Source: Antedon mediterranea (lineage: Eukaryota; Animalia; Echinodermata). Taken from it: a stretch of DNA of 64,000 nt. The first letter of the stretch is position 1; the number at the start of each line of letters is the position of its first letter. Below are positions 37,001 through 49,530 of this stretch, in pieces. A model generated the notes under the pieces. It had not been told where the DNA came from. It ran no database searches and worked only from the letters and a program-made list of their open reading frames with translations. The translations under genes and the position numbers were made by a program. The stretch spans positions 3,968,001 to 4,032,000 of the forward strand of contig NC_092680.1 in NCBI RefSeq assembly GCF_964355755.1, given 5' to 3'.

Positions 37001-40000
37001 TAGACATTTAAATTGGAAGTGGATTGTAAAATGTGAATTTTGTTCTTTAAACCTAAATTAATTAAGTTATAGTGCAAGCAAAAAAATGTTTTTTTCGTTT
37101 TGTTTTACTTTCATTACACTATTTATAGTTCCTAATCATACCAAAATGAACGTTTGGCACCAAGTCCAATACGTTAATTATCATTACTAGTTTGATAATG
37201 ATACGTTATTATGATAACAATGTAGTTAAACTTGTGACTTGAAGGTAATTGAAGGTAAAATTACGAAATTTCCAATGACAAAAAGAAATAAAAATGACAC
37301 AATAATTTGAAAGAGAAATGTCAATCATAACTAACTTATACCTGATACATTATAAAATCATGTTGAAAATCCGCTTATAAAAATAAGCCATACACAGGTT
37401 CAAGTTATATGGTAAATATCTTAAATACTTTATCTTTCTTTTTTGGTAATCTGGAAATACTGGAGTGTTTTTATCATCGATTTATAAATCTTGATTGATA
37501 TAAAGGATGACAGAACGTGCATAACAACAATGTTTACACTAATTCCTCACTACTTAGTGCATTAACACAGAGGCATGGTGAAGTAAATCCACAGACTTAA
37601 AGTTGACGTGTCTGTGTAGTATATTCACAAAGACTTAGATTTAGATATTTGGAAAGTGACTTGTTACTAACTGACAAGGTATGGTATTTAGGAAGCTTGC
37701 TTAACGCATTTGAAAATTGCAAGATCATACATTGGCTGGTTTGATTTACCCAAGATCAGCCTTTGCCAATGTTATAATAATTTGCCAATAAGAGATATTA
37801 ATAATACTATACCATTATTACTTTGTTTTCATTTGGTATAAATTTAAGTAAACAAAGTTATAATAATAATAAACAAAAATTTGCTAAAATAATGCACATA
37901 ATTATGCATATCATATAAAGTTATGTTTAAATAACTTTTAAATATATATTTTGTATTCTGGTTTTTAAGCATGTAATCCACTTTTCCAGTACATATGTTA
38001 TTTTTTAGTTCAACTAATTCATAATTAATTAGATTACAAAAATTGCAACAACCACAGTATCATATATTGCTATCTCATACATTGAATTAAACTTAGGCCT
38101 ACAACGGCTTAGTACGACGTGAACACATCTGTTCCGTAGAACCATAACAATCTGCATAATGACGTCATTCTAATTAATATGCATGACGTAAGAGAAAAAC
38201 AGACAATATAATAAATGGATAGATGTATTACATTAATAACTTAGATGGTGTGAACGGATTGTTATTTTTGTAGTTATTTACGTGTGGAGGTAAAGCATCA
38301 TTCACACATGGAATGATATTTAACACGCACGTAAAACATGTCTGTGGAGGTGTCAAACAAAAACAGTTTATCAGAAGTTGTTCTCGAGTATTGTTATCAT
38401 TTCGCACTTCTCTAACTGATTATCCTGTTAAAATATAGTGTGTACAGCGTCAAGTTTTCAATAATAGTTATCGTGTAAAGGGTCGTTGCCCAACCAGACT
38501 AGTCATTGATAAAATTGGTTACGAATGTGACGTAATTATTCAAGAGAATAAACGATAAATTAAATACATTATATTATTATTCAAAATATGTAGACTAGAT
38601 TAATTATTTTATTTTCAAAATAAAATAATATTTAGTGATAATTTTAAATGACAAAACATTTACAAAATCAATAACTTATATTCTTAAAAGTGTTTACAGT
38701 TTAAAAAAATATAAATTCAAATACAACTTACTGATACATTCAATTACAATTACTGTTTAAATTCAAAGGCAATTACTAATAAATTCAAAGAAAAATTACC
38801 AAAGAATGTTTTGGATCTCAATCAACACATAAAACTAAGAAAGAATGTAACGCAGAGCGGTAAAATAAAACAAAAGCAGAAGTGCCAATCTTAAGGAAAA
38901 CACTATTCCTTCGTCGGGGCTAATAATTGTTTAAATAGTTGTTTATAATATAATATTCAAATAAACAGACTGATATCGACATTATATTGAACTAGTCTGT
39001 TGACAATGATTTTACTATCAACGCGATTATTTGTGTGTTCGGTTGACTTTGATCTAGCTATATATTCCGTGTTATTGCATCGATTCACATAACTAGCTGC
39101 AACTGTTGTACTATTGAATGGTTAATTGCTATTGATAAGATCAAGGCGAAGTGGAATATTGCTTGTCTGAACGCAGGCCTGAAACCGGAAGAAACTCAGC
39201 TCAACTGAAAGGAACTGTAGTTGCACAAGAGCGCTTACATCGAATATTGCTTGTCTGAACATAGGCTTGTCGACCTGAAACTGGAAGCAATTCAACTCAA
39301 CTGAAAGGAACTACTTGTGCGCACATCGACTTTCGTGCAATTGAACGGAACCAGTAAATTGCGAAAAAGAGACTAAATACGATAATATATCTTATAATCG
39401 ATAATTTACTGGAGGAGGGTATTGGAAGCAACATTTTAGTTAAAAAACTAGTAAACAGAAGTAACCAATTATTTTTGTTTTCTCCCCCAGGTTGTCCAAA
39501 AGGTTGTGAATCCTGCTCTTCTTTTAATGGTTGCCTGATGTGCAAGCCCAGATATTACCTGCTTTTAACTAGAATTGGCATGATGCAAAAAGGCACCTGC
39601 ATCAGGACGTGTCCTAGTGGACATTATAATAGTCATACTAAAACGATAGATAAATGTGATAGTAAGTATGTGTTCTTGTACAAAATATCGCAATAACTTC
39701 TTTTTACAGCAACACGCACATTTAGGAATTGCGCTGTTAATTAAAGACATATTGTCCCCCAAACAATTGTTTTAATATGCCATTTTAATGTTCCATAGTT
39801 ATTCACTTTGACCTGAAAAGCTGTAATTTCAAGCAAAAAATAGTCAAATTCACTGGAAGGCAATTGGTTTTTGGTTGAATTTAACCGTTTATTGTGAAGG
39901 GAAAAGTTTATTAAGACTGCGAAATAGTCTATTAACAGTCTTTTTTTAAATATTAATTTTCATTTATCATGTTTTTGGGGGACAATACATCTTTATAAAT

Positions 40001-43000
40001 AGTAGGCTCCAATAATTATTGTTTGAAGTATAGGCTAACGTTACCCTTTTTTCGATGTTCAGAGAAGATCGAATGTTCGATTCACAGTATGCCATGTGAA
40101 AAGTCCTATCTATCGATTGATTTGAGTTCAACAATCTATATATACAATATATAGTAATAAATAAATTTTAACTCCAATTTATATTTTCTCTAATTATCCT
40201 ATTGACTGTTATTTCAGAATGCCGTGTAGAAAATTGTGATGTATGTTTTAGCAAAAACTACTGTTCCAGGTGTTTATCAACGCATTATTTTTACTTGGGT
40301 AAATGTGTAACTACCTGTCCACGGGATCACTACGCTGATAGAAAGACAGGGGAATGTAGACGAATAGGTAGGTATTGAGAAGATACGATTATAGTATACA
40401 GTAAGTCACAGATATTTGGAAACATATAAATAAACATCAGAGGGGCTTACAAAAAAATATGTAGGTCAAAAAGTGTAGATGAAGAGATAGTTAAAGAGAT
40501 AAATGCAGAAAAAGAAAATAAAAAGAACAGGAAATTGTCAATGATCCTGTTTCGGTACAATTTAGGATGTATGCGTTTTAATAATCCTCATACTTATTAT
40601 ATTCAATCAATCATATATAAAGGTAGGTTCAACTGTGCTATTTACAATAGCATCAGTCCTATGATTAAACTGTCAGCAGATTATTTTATCTAATTTGGTT
40701 TTGGTTTTTAAACAAGGACTTCTGTACCCGGGGAGGAGGGGGGGGGGTCACTTGTATATAAACCAAACGGGGGGTGGGGAGGGTGCAGCAGCCACTTCAA
40801 GACATGAGGCACTTGCGCTACCTGTTTTACTGAAAAATACTACGGACTTGAACTACCATTTACCAAAATCCAGTGTTCTCTAAAAAGACGGCAGAAACAA
40901 GGCCACGCCAGAGAGGGCGCAATATTTGTACTGGTTCCCGGCATGATCTGCGCATGGCCAAAGAGACCGTTCATGTCTATTTACCACATTATAAGTGTAT
41001 CTGTCAGTGAGTGTTTCAGGCATTTAAAAGTGTCACTAAAAAATAAAAACTTTACATTCAAAATTCATAATCGTCAAATACGATAACCATAACGATGACC
41101 TCATTCAAAGGTTTAAATGCTCTGAATTAAGTTAAGAAGTAACAGACCATACTATATTGACGCTTTTCAACTAATCATATCATTGTAAAACTGTCATGAG
41201 TGGTAATCTAACTTTGATTGCGTAATGTCTTCAAGTTATAACAGCTTATAACGGAGATAGTAATACTAACATATACATAATATAACAATCGATATATAAT
41301 TGCTATAACTGGTAGTACATTCATTTCACTCATTTATTTATGTTATCCAATAATAGTATAAATGAAATAAAATAAATAAAAAGCAATTTACTAGAAAGTG
41401 GTGATAAAATGGTACGGTACAAAACTTTACATTAAAAAGACATTAAAAGCAGAAAACATGAAATCAAAGATGAAAACAGTTAGGCCTATTAAAATGTAAA
41501 TAGTAGTAACAGGTCTATAGAAAATGTCCAGAAAGCAGGTAAACAATTGACTTGATTCTAAACATAGGCCTCAACCAAACACATCCCAATACAATACAAT
41601 TTGAAGCTTATTTTTAACGGACAGAGATCTACCAAGTAAAACAGTAGAAATGAGAACATTTACGGGAGATGCGGGATTTTTTCAGACGAATACCTTTCTG
41701 TATGTTTTGTCAATTCTAGAACTCTTCACTATTCATTAATACTTACTAACAAGGTATATTACAGTATAATGTCAGTCGTTTGTACATTTCGTGTGTTATA
41801 GTTTCAAAGCAATTACAACTTTAAAAAACATCATTGCATTAAATATTTTAAATGTTAGTTTACACTATCTATTTATCTATTTTATTTTCTGTACATCTCA
41901 AGGAGATCTCACCACAGAGGAAATGAATTTGCAGATTTCCTTTGCCTAAGTGATGGGTAATTACTGACCACTAATTTTAATGAGCATACTCCTTAAAATC
42001 AATCGACAGGTTTCATAAAACTCGAGTAAATTAGACTACACTACATACAAAAGTCAAGGTTAGTTCACTTAATTAAGTGGAACTTTATAAACAAATTGCG
42101 TAAAAAGTTGGTAGATATCAACAAGATAGACTATATCTCTCCAACGCATTTATCTCCATACTTCATAGTTGATGATTTTATGTACCTTATGATAATATCA
42201 ATCATAATTAATGAAATACTCCACCCTTTACATAATTAATAATTATCTATAAACCAGGATAAACTAAACATCAATATCATACTTATTTCAATAATTGACA
42301 ACGTATACTCCATTTTTAATATCATTAATATTAATGAAACAAACAAATTAATAAGGAAATAAAGTATAATTATAGTAATATTAATGTAATGTTTACTATG
42401 GCTTACGCATAGCTAAACTAATGTTTGTGGTTTGAAACAGTTTTAATAAAGAACCACATTGTGAAAATGAAAAAAAAAATTAAATTAATCTAATGTAAAG
42501 CTCTGTCTACACTATCAATCTAGTTTGACAAAAAAGTGTGGTGTGTTCAATTATGAAAGTGATATACCCAAATATGGATATGACATCATGATTGCGACAA
42601 CGTTTATTTACAAATTGCGACAGCTTTACTCCAAAAGCTCGTTATAAATTGCGTCAAATAATTACAATGTGTGATCGGGAGATTGAGAGATGTATTAAAA
42701 AGTGCGATACATAGTATGTCGTAGCACACATAATTTAAAACAACTGAGACTATCATGCCAAATCATTGGTCAGAATTAACCGCAATATTAGGCCTACAGA
42801 AGGAAAGTTAGTCACCTTTTTTGTCCAGCCTGATAAAGACATCAGCTTAGGTCTTGTCAGCACTTTGTCCCCAGTGAATAAACGCTTATTAAACCAAAAC
42901 CTTATACAATTATCAAATTGCCACCCTGTTCATATTGTCTAATTATATTCAGCTTCTTGAAAAAACGATCTTGCTCTGTTATTCATTTATTGGATTTAGA

Positions 43001-45408
43001 TTACGTGATTTTCTTTTGGCGTAAAACTTACTTTTGTAAATCCGTCCTGATACTTGAACTCAGTTTGTACCCCAGGAGATAAACATGACGGTGTGACATT
43101 TCACTAGTTGAGAAAACATGCTTTTGACGGTAACATTTTATAAGCATCGGTCAATACAAAATATTCTTTAAGTTGAATGTACTGAAGTTCAAAAGTTAAA
43201 AAGTTCTCACCAAATGCATCGTCGTCAGTGTTTTTATTAAGTTTGTTTAAAGTTTGGTCAGTTACTTTCGTAATAAAATATCGATATTATGTAACTTATT
43301 ATGGTGTCAGAACATTTTCGTACCACTTAAAAACAATTAATTAAATCCATAGAAAAGGAAATACTGAAATTGGAAGCAAACATTACACGCTTTATACTTT
43401 CTGAAAGTAAAACGCTTTCTACGCTTTCTGAAACGCTTTCTGAAACGTCTTCTACCTTTCTCAAACGCTTTCTAATTCTCACTTCTCGTTTATACACTTT
43501 TTCAAATCTCTGTTTATTGTTGCATAGCATCCTAGTTTAGAGGTAGCTATTTCATTATAATTATCAATACGTAGTTGTCTGCAATAATAACATATGTAGC
43601 CTAGAATAACCGGCAAAACGCATAGGTAAGATGGAGAAGAAAAAAAATAACACTATCTTTTTAAATCGGTGGAACTAAATAAATGTTATTGATCTGGTCA
43701 GTCTAGAGAGGCCTACATTATTTACGATTTTGATGAGGGAGTAGGCTTATTCTACTCGGATATAATTTCTTTGATATGATGCGGAAATTACCAATCTACA
43801 TCCCATGGCTGTTGACAATCATAAGCTATATTGACTTTTGTTTAAAGTTGCCCACTAAAACACTTTCGCCTTCTTTCAAAATCCTTAAGGAGGCTAATTG
43901 GTAGCCTGCTTCCTGCCGCAATTCCACCCAAGCACCTGCGCTGGTGTGTGGGCCTGGGATTTGATACAGGCGGCCTAAATTTAATCTCAGGTGTGGACGT
44001 GCGAAATCAGGATATTGGTAAAATGTGAAAAATTGCAATATCGCACTTCAAAATTCAACACATACCAGGTAAACATATGCAATATATTTGCACTTTAAGT
44101 GACACTTGTGATCTAGCAGCCAATAAGAATGATCTGGGCTTGTGTATTTAGCCAATCACGAACTTTTGTTTATGAAATGCGTGGTGATCGAATTGCCGAA
44201 CGACTAATAGAACTGAATTATGACCAAAATAATGTTGTTTACAGTTTCTTAAAGAACTACATGTCTAGTTTAACGCCATTTTATTGTTAAATAAATATTT
44301 AAAACAAATTTTTAAACACTCGATTATTAAAAAATGTCTGTTGTTCGACTGTATAAGAGAATATTAACAACAAACTATTTTTAAAATACGGCCACAATGT
44401 TTCCACAAAATATACTTACAGTATCACTAAAGTAGACAGATATTAGAATGTTGACATTATTATGTATGATTAAAATAGTTGTGTTAATTTTTTCAGCAAA
44501 ATTAATATAAATAATTTTATTTAAAAAATGGTCTATTCATAGTTTATTTATATGAATGTTCTATTTTGTAGAGCAGGGTAATTGATGCATAATTAATATG
44601 TAATTATGCTATAAAGTCATAAAGAAATGAACTAATTATATCACACTGTATGATATTTTGTAGATGATTTTTTATCTTGCAGTCGACTGTGAGGTAACTG
44701 ACTGGAGCTTATGGGGGCCATGTGGCAAGAATGGGCAATATTGCGGCTACAAATGGGGCTTACAAGCTCGGACAAGGGATATAGTAGTCAAGCCAACGCC
44801 AAACGGTATGCCTTGTCCGATCATATCAGAAAGTCGACAGTGTAAATTGAAACGTCGATTTTGCTCTGGTAAATATATATCGTTTTATATAAGTTGTTAA
44901 GATATTTTAATAATATAGGCACATAGGTTTATGTGTTTCATACACAGAGTGCCATTTTTATTGTTAAAATAATTACACAATGATTATATTATATTAATTA
45001 ACGATAGTGACAATGATGGTGACGAAAATGTTACTGATGAATGTAATTATGATAATGAAGATGATGAAGATTATGATGGTAATAATGATGATGAAGATGA
45101 TGGTGATGATGATGATGGTGATGATGATGATGATGATGATGAAGATGATGATGTAACGTCAAACGTAACCTATATTTTATATTTGATTATTCAAAAACGT
45201 GTTCTTTTCAGATACTTTACCTAACGAAATTGAAAAAAATAAACATAAAGGAAAACGAAAGAAAGGGAGAAAACAACGAAAACATAGAAAACGAAATAAA
45301 CAACGAGATCCAGAACGTAGAAACAACAGAGATCGTTATCTAAATCCAACACTACATCAACAACCAACCGTTGTTGAACAGCGTCAAAAATGGGATATAG
45401 TACAATAA
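27944..45408 (+). CDS. RSPO: R-spondin (signal peptide, 2 furin-like repeats, TSP1, basic tail); join 27944-28025, 39491-39661, 40218-40367, 44683-44868, 45212-45408; 261 aa
   Basis: All four introns are GT-AG and phase 1, the frame is continuous (786 nt), and domain order and cysteine spacing are those of vertebrate RSPO1-4. Confidence 0.95.
28603..28737. mobile_element. MITE family A (RSPO intron 1), TTA TSD
   Basis: TTA-AGCTCTGTCTACACTATCAAAC...TTTGATAGTGTAGACAGAAAT-TTA. Confidence 0.85.
28986..29140. mobile_element. MITE family A (RSPO intron 1)
   Basis: AGCTCTGTCTACACTATCAAA...CAAACTAGTTTGATAATGTA. Confidence 0.8.
30169..30456. mobile_element. MITE family D copy (opposite orientation to 19506)
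   Basis: TTAA-ATATGTATT...AATACATCT-TTAA with AAATCAGACTTTGAAT and AAATTCAACCAAAA internally. Confidence 0.7.
33066..33195. mobile_element. MITE family B, right end degraded
   Basis: AGCTTGGTTACTACTAAGACGCAAC...TTGACCAATCGCAAGCGATGG...ATTGGTCAA. Confidence 0.7.
34000..34435. repeat. Degenerate 22-bp minisatellite (GTGCACATTCAAATGTTCACGT) in RSPO intron 1
   Basis: Repeated TGTGCACATTCA and TTCACGTG units; explains the spurious ORFs at 33899-34454. Confidence 0.9.
39154..39312. repeat. Imperfect direct duplication, about 88-bp period
   Basis: GAATATTGCTTGTCTGAAC...CCTGAAAC.GGAAG...CTCAACTGAAAGGAACT occurs twice. Confidence 0.8.
39491..39661 (+). CDS. RSPO: R-spondin exon 2, furin-like repeat 1
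   Basis: CCCCCAG|GT; CPKGCESCSSFNGCLMCKPRYYLLLTRIGMMQKGTCIRTCPSGHYNSHTKTIDKCD; A|GTAAGT. Confidence 0.95.
39745..39992. mobile_element. MITE family D copy (RSPO intron 2)
   Basis: TTAA-AGACATATTGTCCCCCAAA...TTTGGGGGACAATACATCT-TTA. Confidence 0.8.
40218..40367 (+). CDS. RSPO: R-spondin exon 3, furin-like repeat 2 (below ORF-track cutoff)
   Basis: TTTCAG|AA; (K)CRVENCDVCFSKNYCSRCLSTHYFYLGKCVTTCPRDHYADRKTGECRRI; G|GTAGGT. Confidence 0.95.
42499..42590. mobile_element. MITE family A, partial
   Basis: AGCTCTGTCTACACTATCAATCTAGTTTGACAAAAAAGTGTG; right TIR missing. Confidence 0.75.
44683..44868 (+). CDS. RSPO: R-spondin exon 4, thrombospondin type 1 repeat
   Basis: TTGCAG|TC; DCEVTDWSLWGPCGKNGQYCGYKWGLQARTRDIVVKPTPNGMPCPIISESRQCKLKRRFCS; G|GTAAAT. 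Confidence 0.95.
45003..45152. repeat. Degenerate (GAT)n microsatellite in RSPO intron 4
   Basis: GAT/GAA/GGT triplet run. Confidence 0.9.
45212..45408 (+). CDS. RSPO: R-spondin exon 5, Lys/Arg-rich basic tail
   Basis: CTTTTCAG|AT; (D)TLPNEIEKNKHKGKRKKGRKQRKHRKRNKQR...WDIVQ*. Confidence 0.9.
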
Positions 45409-48400
45409 ACAGACATTATAGGCATTCATAAATTGTAGGCCGTCAGAATTAAAAATATCCGAACTGTTACTACAGTGGAACTACGTCATCGTCTAAAACA
45501 CATGAGCTTATCAACCAAAACTCCTATTTTACACAGGACAAGAAACGATACTTTAGAGGCAGGCTTAAATTTATCATGCAGAAATAAATGGACCTTCATA
45601 AACTGCAAAAGTGCCGTTGGAATTATAAATATCCGATCTGTTAGGCCTAGGCCTAACTAAAGTTAAACTGCGTCCAAATTACTTATCCACCCAGGACACA
45701 CGAGCGTACGTACACCACACCCGCTAATATTTACCCAGGACATGGAACCTCTGTAAGCGGTTGAATAATAATATAAATTGGATTTTTCAGCAAACGTTTT
45801 TCTAGTTGAGTACAAAATCCACTGTGCTTCCATAAACAATTTTCAAACATTTTGTACTTTAAAAACTATTTATATTGACATGGAAATCTGTTTGTCGATT
45901 TGTTGTAGTAGGTTTCTTTTCAATTAACCTACAATTTACAGAATACTAGAAAATGTATAAAATGAAAATAAAACCTGAAATCAGGGAGGAGAATGTCAGG
46001 TGTTGGAATGTTAACAACATTTTGTGTTAATTATTCTAAGAAAGCACCCGTTGAAGAAGTGGAATCACGCCCTCTTTAGTTATTTATAATCTTACAGTAC
46101 ACCATTTTGTAATAGGTTTCGTTTTTAAAAATTATATATTTAGCTACGTGTTATTGTGTACTGTTTGATAATAACTGTATCTGTATAAAAGTATATTTAG
46201 AATAGTAATATTGTATATTTTGTTTATGAATAGTTAATGAATTGTTTTAAGAATAATTATTCGATACGGTAACTTATTTTGTCAGTTCTATCACCACACA
46301 CAGTTTCATAATGGATTTGAAGCAAACATTATTTTAAATATTTCATATTATTTTGTAATGCAAAAAGATAGTTTGTGCTATTATTTACAATGCATTACAT
46401 CATTCAACAAAAATACATACATGTAAAAATTATTAGTGAATGGAGGTAGGCCTACAAGACAATGAAAAAAAATATGCATCTGGTATAACAAAGATTTCGA
46501 ATATAGAATAGAGAATGAAACCTGTCAGGTTTCGAAACGTTCTGTAAGTTCGCTTATAATTTTGTTTGGTTGTTACAAAAAGAAATCTTTGTTATACTTA
46601 TATTAAAGTACTTGTTTCTTTCTTCATTCATGGGGCTTTTCTAGTAATCCAGAACCTTTCTGAATATAATAGTATGTGATTCTTATTTATTCCTTTTCTT
46701 AAAATAGCTGGTTCTTACACATATATAAACTGGATACACAATGAATAATAATAAAATTATATATTATACATTCACATCTAATTTAAGTCTAATTTAACAA
46801 GAATAGTGTTTATTAAAGTTAGACATTCGAATGTAAATGTTTATTGAATAAATTGATTGAATAATACAAGAAATTTACTGCTGTAATATGTTTGTATTTC
46901 CAATTTTATTTGAAATTAGTGACAACCATAATAATTACAGTAAGTAAACCTCTAAGAAATACATATTTATAGCCGTACTACTGATTACAAACCGAGAATG
47001 AGCGTTGGTCCCGGTATAGCGTCCGGTAAGGTGCGACTAATAATATTGTTGAAGTTTCACAAAGATAGAGGGCTCACTTTATTACTTTTGCTCTTGACTG
47101 TGTCCATGCCCTTTTACATACTTGTGTATATATTTGGTTACCTTGGTTATCGTTTCACTTGGTTTTTATGTCACTTTTTATGTCTAACATTTTGTTGGCT
47201 CTAAGAACACATTGTAAATGCCTACATGGTGGGAAACAAATTGTTGTTTCACGACATAATATTATTATAGGCAGATGTACCCTTAGAAACATTTCCAGCT
47301 ATAGGCCTAAAGTAAAAAGAAACACATTCGAATTGTGGTAGTAGTAGGAGCAGGTGTCCTTCTACTACTAGATACAGCCATGGATCTATTTTATCCATGA
47401 TAACGACTATCAAACGTATACAAAACAGTACATTTGTAGGACTACTTACCTTTGATTTGTTGCTATTCTACGACAAAAATCTTCTATTGTGAACGCCAGG
47501 TTCAGGCTAGCTCATCCGAATAGGTCATTACGTCATCGTACATACTTGGCCTACTGTATTGTAGTAGGCATACTGTGAGAAGTAGGATTTGCAGTATTGT
47601 GTTCACATTTTCAGAAGTAATCATTCACTTTCACATCACTGATATTATTAAGTAATTAATATAACTATAAATGAATCAAACAAACTGTCTTAATTCAATC
47701 CACAGCCTGGCTTACTTTCAGTTTATTCAAATGAGTTTGAACTGCCGCGCTGTATAGGCCTATTCTATTCACTGCCGGTATCAACAACATTCCAGTGACA
47801 TTTCCTGACGTCATCTGTGACGTGTAGACAACTTCAAGAATAAAGAAGACGTTCAAAACACACAATTTACCAGACGTATGTTTTAGATTCTTGCTCCATA
47901 AATAGTTGTTATTCAAAACATTGCAGAAAAAAATAATAAGTTATAAAAATAAATAAGAAATCAGACCTATCGATTATTTTAATGGGGTATTATTTGTTCA
48001 TATTTTATTAGTACAGGAATACATATATTATGTCATTTTGACATTTGACATTTACATGTTACACAAAACACAAATGTTACATTTCGTATAGAATAGAAAA
48101 CATGATATCACGTGTTAACGTCACCCAGAACTTCGACATAATAACATAGGTCGTTTACACAGTTAACAGATACGGGTAAATATCGTTATCTAATTCATTT
48201 TTTTCCATGTGATGTATGTTACATAGCCTACTTCTTTGTGCAAATATAAATAATTATTAGCAACAATCGTTTGCGTGGAAGGGTGGGTCTTTTTGGTGAC
48301 GTACGTATTACATGTACACAAACCGAAGATCACAGAGCGTGACTCATGACCATTTTTTTAAATAATAATAATAATAATAATAATCAATAATTTATTTTAA

Positions 48401-49530
48401 AACAGAAAAGCTTGTATCATTACAAGAAATGTGTTCTTCTACAAGGCCGTCGATATACATAATATACACTACCCAGGCTACCCTATTTTTCAACACCACG
48501 GATCCGCCCTATATGGCAGTTATACAGTACAGTACGCATACTCTGAAACCAGTAACATTTACGAAATAATGTTGACGACAATCAAAAATATATACTTTAT
48601 AATTTGATCCTATTAATTGTTAATTTTGTTTTCTAATTAATAAATTTAATATAAATATCAGGTTAGACTAACGTATGTGTATGTGCATAATAAAGAAATA
48701 AGTGCAAAATAAGAATTTTCAGTTTAAACTTTGGTAAAACTTTATAATATTCTTGTTATTTGGTTCAAAAACCTCTAAAGATTATACTTGATACATCTGC
48801 TTGCTACGTTTCTAACTGTACATAAAGACGTTATACACGTTAAGCCCTTAAAACGTTACTCCATGAAAAACATTTTATATAACATATCTCACTATTTCTA
48901 TACATCTCTTTCAATTAAATAAACCATTTAAATTACCTTTTTTACTTCAAACTATAGCTATCTTATTAACTGTCTATACCTGTAGTGTTATTTTTTTTTT
49001 TTTTTGTTATTGTTGGCGATAAACTACCAAACCTTAGCATTACTGTAATTGAAAAATATCTTTCAAGAATCTCACTAAGAACTATCAGAATATTTATTTT
49101 TTAATGATAATACATTTCAATTGATGAGTTACAGAGACAATATTTTTTCATCCCAAACTTAATTTTGTTCACAGAATGTAACTACATTATGCTATAAAAT
49201 ATGCTAATATCACGTACGTTAAGCAGTTCCCCAATTTCCAGGCAGGTGTGGTGGCACAGCTCATTCGAACTTTAAAGCAACATTGCACATATTCCTTTAT
49301 TAATATATAAATATATAGATACTATTTGCACCATCTAACATACATGAAAATATCTCAGAGTTATTTACCTTGTCTTCTATATCTACATTCTTAGCTTGTT
49401 TTATCATAAACCATTATCTACACTTTCATTGATGCCTCAAAATTCAAATTTATTGAATTAAATATCCAGTATCTATAATTTGGTTATTTATACCACATGT
49501 GTATTCAAATACATATTTCCTATATATTCA

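Noticed and set aside
44973-45225. Open poly-Asp/Glu frame just before the basic RSPO tail exon
   Set aside because: It is a (GAT)n microsatellite, out of frame with exon 5 and without a suitable acceptor.
46515-46545. Hairpin GAAACCT-GTC-AGGTTTC followed by GAAACGTT, hammerhead-like, downstream of RSPO
   Set aside because: No CUGANGA or UUGANAA core upstream and no stem I.
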